Shown here piece by piece: positions 32,531 to 36,997 of a stretch of DNA of 36,997 nucleotides. The position numbers and the translations under genes are program-made. The DNA is from Octopus bimaculoides (lineage: Eukaryota): positions 4,948,322 to 4,985,318 of the forward strand of contig NC_069002.1 of NCBI RefSeq assembly GCF_001194135.2, in the 5' to 3' direction. Below the pieces are notes generated by a model. That model saw nothing but the letters and a program-made list of their open reading frames with translations. It had not been told where the DNA came from and searched no databases. The first letter of the stretch is position 1; every line of letters starts with the position of its first letter.

Positions 32531-33348
32531 TGGGAATAGAAAAATCTTTGATAAAGTTAGAGAGAGAATGACGAAGGAGAGTGGGGGGGGACTGGAGAAA
32601 GTCAACCGCTTCCTTTTGATTATCACATACACATACATAAACATGAACACACACATACACATACACACACACACTCACAAAAGCGCACGCACATACACAC
32701 AAACACATTCCAAGTGAGTCTGTGACACACACACACACACACACATAAACACATACACACAACGAACAATATAGATTTTGACACCATTACACTTACGTAC
32801 ACACACAAGCATTTACATACACATACAAACATTCCATTAATTACACATATACACAACGAACAATATAGATTTTGACACCACTACAATTACATACACACAC
32901 GCACTTGTAATAAAATGACAACAACCGCAGCCAGTGCGACGGCCACCACCACCACCACCACCATCACCCCCAACCTCCATCGCCGACGTCACCATTTTAT
33001 TGCCCAATACACCACCACCACCACCACCACCACCACAACAACAACCCTCCAATCACTACCACTACTACTATAACCTCTGTAACCATCAGTTACTGCCTGA
33101 AAACACTGGCGACAATAACAAAACTACCACAATCATTACTATGAACTTATTATAGATCACCAAAACCACCACTACCACCTTTACAGTCCAAACACCACCA
33201 CTACCAATACTGTACCACTACAGCTCATACCATAGACACGACAACCAGCCGTTTTTTTTTTTTTTTTTATCATCAGGGCAAAAGGCCACTGTCCAATTCC
33301 AATGTGTTCAGGAGCAGGGATTAAAACTGGAATCGTTTCTGTGATGAA

Positions 33349-34063
33349 NNNNNNNNNNNNNNNNNNNNNNNNNNNNNNNNNNNNNNNNNNNNNNNNNNNN
33401 NNNNNNNNNNNNNNNNNNNNNNNNNNNNNNNNNNNNNNNNNNNNNNNNNNNNNNNNNNNNNNNNNNNNNNNNNNNNNNNNNNNNNNNNNNNNNNNNNNNN
33501 NNNNNNNNNNNNNNNNNNNNNNNNNNNNNNNNNNNNNNNNNNNNNNNNNNNNNNNNNNNNNNNNNNNNNNNNNNNNNNNNNNNNNNNNNNNNNNNNNNNN
33601 NNNNNNNNNNNNNNNNNNNNNNNNNNNNNNNNNNNNNNNNNNNNNNNNNNNNNNNNNNNNNNNNNNNNNNNNNNNNNNNNNNNNNNNNNNNNNNNNNNNN
33701 NNNNNNNNNNNNNNNNNNNNNNNNNNNNNNNNNNNNNNNNNNNNNNNNNNNNNNNNNNNNNNNNNNNNNNNNNNNNNNNNNNNNNNNNNNNNNNNNNNNN
33801 NNNNNNNNNNNNNNNNNNNNNNNNNNNNNNNNNNNNNNNNNNNNNNNNNNNNNNNNNNNNNNNNNNNNNNNNNNNNNNNNNNNNNNNNNNNNNNNNNNNN
33901 NNNNNNNNNNNNNNNNNNNNNNNNNNNNNNNNNNNNNNNNNNNNNNNNNNNNNNNNNNNNNNNNNNNNNNNNNNNNNNNNNNNNNNNNNNNNNNNNNNNN
34001 NNNNNNNNNNNNNNNNNNNNNNNNNNNNNNNNNNNNNNNNNNNNNNNNNNNNNNNNNNNNNNN
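33349..34063. other. Assembly gap (715 N)
   Basis: Run of N. Confidence 0.99.
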
Positions 34064-34428
34064 TATATACATACATACACACATACATACATGTGTGCGT
34101 GTGTTGGTCTATTTACTTCCTCATAAGGTAGCGGTTTGGCAAAAACAGACCGATAGCCTAAGTACCGAGCTTAGAAAAAAAAAAAACGAGAACCAAGAGT
34201 GATTTGTTCGATCAAACTCTTCAAGGTGGCGGCCCAGCCTGGCCACGCAATCCAGTGACTGAACAAGTAAAAGTTACATATATAAATGTGTGTGTGTGTC
34301 TACGTTAATAAATGCGTGTATATTTAATGTACATACATTAATGTGTATTTGTTGTCTGTGTATATATGTACATAGATTTATGATTTACCGACCATCCATA
34401 TATATATATATCAGTCATATATGTACAT

Positions 34429-34482
<54 letters not shown>

Positions 34483-34543
34483 TTGGTAAATCATAAATCT
34501 GACAGAGAAGTACTCTAATTTATAGAGCTTTATAGTATAAGGT

Positions 34544-34755
34544 TAGATAAGGCCGGTCTATGTGATTATCAGTTTTCACGTCCATAAAGCGCTTAGCTTT
34601 ACCGCGTATCATCAAACTCTAAACCTGTTAGACTATTGACCCTAGAAATCTAGAGGCCCTTTGCACCAAAGGCCAACAAGTTAAGGGTGTGATGATACCC
34701 TGTAAAGCTTAGCGCTTTATGAACTTGAAACTCAGAGTAATCCCATAGACCGGCC

Positions 34756-34762
<7 letters not shown>
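34544..34762. mobile_element. MITE with long TIRs and TA ends
   Basis: Perfect 19-bp terminal inverted repeat tagataaggccggtctatg / catagaccggccttatcta, extending imperfectly to about 80 bp. Confidence 0.8.
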
Positions 34763-34786
<24 letters not shown>

Positions 34787-35309
34787 GCTAGCTAGCTATC
34801 TATCTACCTATCTACCCACATACACAGACATACACACACACACATCTCTATTAATAATTGTATATGGGGAATCTGTTTTAACTTGTCTGTTTTATTGAGA
34901 CATAAAGGTTAATATATACGTCCAATTGTTTTTTTTTGTTCTATTCTGATCTCATATGTTTGTTATACATTTTTATGTAACTGTGTCTTATTATCGGTGT
35001 ATTGTATCTTATTTTATTCTTTGACTCCATATTCTTTTATCATTGCTTGTATATGAAGGATAGAATGCAACACTGACCAAAAATATATTGTTACAGGAAT
35101 AAGCGAAACGGTAAGTTAAAAAAACGAGGTCATTTTCGAAATGTCACCCGAGGACACGCATCTACACCTATGATGTATAATAATCGATTGTACAGTATCT
35201 TACCTTGTAAGTTACGGGTGGGAGATGATGAGTCGAAACGATCGTATTGGTTTTGAAGAGTCTCGTGAATTCAATTTTCTGTGTTTAACATTTTTTATAG
35301 GTATGTATA

Positions 35310-35350
<41 letters not shown>

Positions 35351-35559
35351 NNNNNNNNNNNNNNNNNNNNNNNNNNNNNNNNNNNNNNNNNNNNNNNNNN
35401 NNNNNNNNNNNNNNNNNNNNNNNNNNNNNNNNNNNNNNNNNNNNNNNNNNNNNNNNNNNNNNNNNNNNNNNNNNNNNNNNNNNNNNNNNNNNNNNNNNNN
35501 NNNNNNNNNNNNNNNNNNNNNNNNNNNNNNNNNNNNNNNNNNNNNNNNNNNNNNNNNNN

Positions 35560-35780
35560 GCAGAACCGTTAGCACACCGGGCGAAATGCTTAGCGGTATT
35601 TCGTCTGCCCGCTACGTTCTGAGTTCAAATTCCGCCGTGGTCGACTTTGCCTTTCATCCTTTCGGGGTCGATTAAATAAGTACCAGTTACGCACTGGGAT
35701 CGATATAATCGATTTAATCCGTTTGTCTGTCCTTGTTTGTCCCCTCTGTGTGTAGCCCCTTGTGGGTAGTAAAGAAATAA
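35560..35780 (+). mobile_element. SINE family B copy (well preserved, CpG-rich)
   Basis: gcagaaccgttagcacaccgggcgaaatgc...gagttcaaattccgcc...gactttgcctttcatcctttcggggtcga. Confidence 0.75.
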
Positions 35781-35814
35781 CACACACACACACACGGATA
35801 AATACACCAAATGG

Positions 35815-36145
35815 ATCTGGGTTCAGCCCCACTGTGTGGCACCTTGGGCAAGTGTTTTCTCCTAAAGCCTTGGGTTGACCAAGGCCTTGTGAGTGGATTT
35901 GGTAGACGGAAACTGAAAGAAGCCCGTCGTATATGTGTGTATCGGTGTGTGTCTGTTTGTCCCCACCCATCGCCTCTTGACCACAGGTGTTGATGTGTTT
36001 ACGTCCCCGTAACTTAGTGGTTTGACAAAAGGAACCGATAGAATAAGTACTAGGCTTAAAAAGTAAGTCCCAGGGTCGATTCACACAACTAAAACCCTTT
36101 GAGGCGGTGCTCCAGCATGGCTGCAGTCAAATGACTAAAAGAAGT
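35815..36145 (+). mobile_element. SINE family A copy (head plus tail)
   Basis: Family A core plus tail gtttacgtccccgtaacttag...ggcggtgctccagcatggctgcagtcaaatgact. Confidence 0.72.
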
Positions 36146-36538
36146 GAATGGAATAAAAAAGGATATGATATATATACATATATATATATGTATATGTGAG
36201 TGTGACTATTTATATATANNNNNNNNNNNNNNNNNNNNNNNNNNNNNNNNNATACACCACATTCCCTGATTCCCATATACTGCATTAATATTCCTCACAC
36301 TTTTCATTGCGTTGTTGCCTTTATTGAACCCATAAACCAAAATATGTCAAATATGCTCCTCTGTCAATTACATTATAGCTTTGAAAGAATAACTTAAAAT
36401 CGAACTGCACTCTTCAAAACATGCACTAAGAATAAATATAACCTAAAATTGCTACCTGCTTTTACAAGTAGTTTTATCCCATCCCCCTCTGACTTTTAGT
36501 TCATGCTATTGAAAAAACTGCACTATTTATGGGATAGC

Positions 36539-36574
<36 letters not shown>

Positions 36575-36997
36575 TTAAAGGTGGCCCATTTATAGTTTAC
36601 AACTGAAGGGCAGAAGCACAGATGTCACAAAAGTGACTAATTTATAAGTGCTTCTTTGTGGGTATGAGTTGTTTTGATTCTTATTTCTAGCAATGTTGGC
36701 TTTCTTAGTCACTTTAGTGACGTCCATATATATATATATATATATATATTATTTTGCTTAAAAGAGTTCCAACACTGTCTGTTTTTTATGTTTTATTTAT
36801 ATTCCTGCAGAACTAATGTGGGGTATAGAATATGGAATATACAATATATAATATGATATACAATATACAATATAAAATAAAATAAAATAAAAATGGATGG
36901 CACCATGAAAGAAAGTATTGAATGTAGATGAAATATTGAGTGTTCAATATAAAGGATCAAATATATAAATATATAAATATATAAATATAAATATATA

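Noticed and set aside
31912-32856. Long Leu/Ser-rich ORFs (up to 280 aa)
   Set aside because: Translation of GA/CT and CA/GT low-complexity tracts; no domain signal
35560-35660. tRNA-like A/B box sequences
   Set aside because: Heads of tRNA-derived SINEs; no complete cloverleaf, so no tRNA gene is called
33181-35675. 113-303 aa ORFs full of X (likewise 7641..8312)
   Set aside because: They span N gaps

Overview
AT-rich, microsatellite- and SINE-dense animal genomic DNA with several N gaps. The repeat landscape suggests an octopod cephalopod, probably Octopus (inference, not a database result). Two convergent multi-exon housekeeping genes are present. The last four coding exons of a PP2A B55 regulatory subunit (PPP2R2/twins, + strand, 3100-7634) include a U12-type minor-spliceosome intron at 3391-4366. 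Fourteen coding exons of the DEAD-box helicase DDX41/abstrakt lie on the - strand (23236 to 13482, 639 aa); its ATG-containing first exon could not be located. Introns and flanks carry three SINE families, piggyBac-type and mariner-type MITEs, long foldback elements, and decayed Tx1, RTE, mariner and pogo/Tigger remnants. The most unusual signals are the U12 intron, a hammerhead-ribozyme-like motif at about 28.2 kb, and a cluster of palindromic elements 5' of DDX41 exon 2. I found no convincing novel protein-coding system; nearly all other ORF-track entries are microsatellite or gap artefacts.
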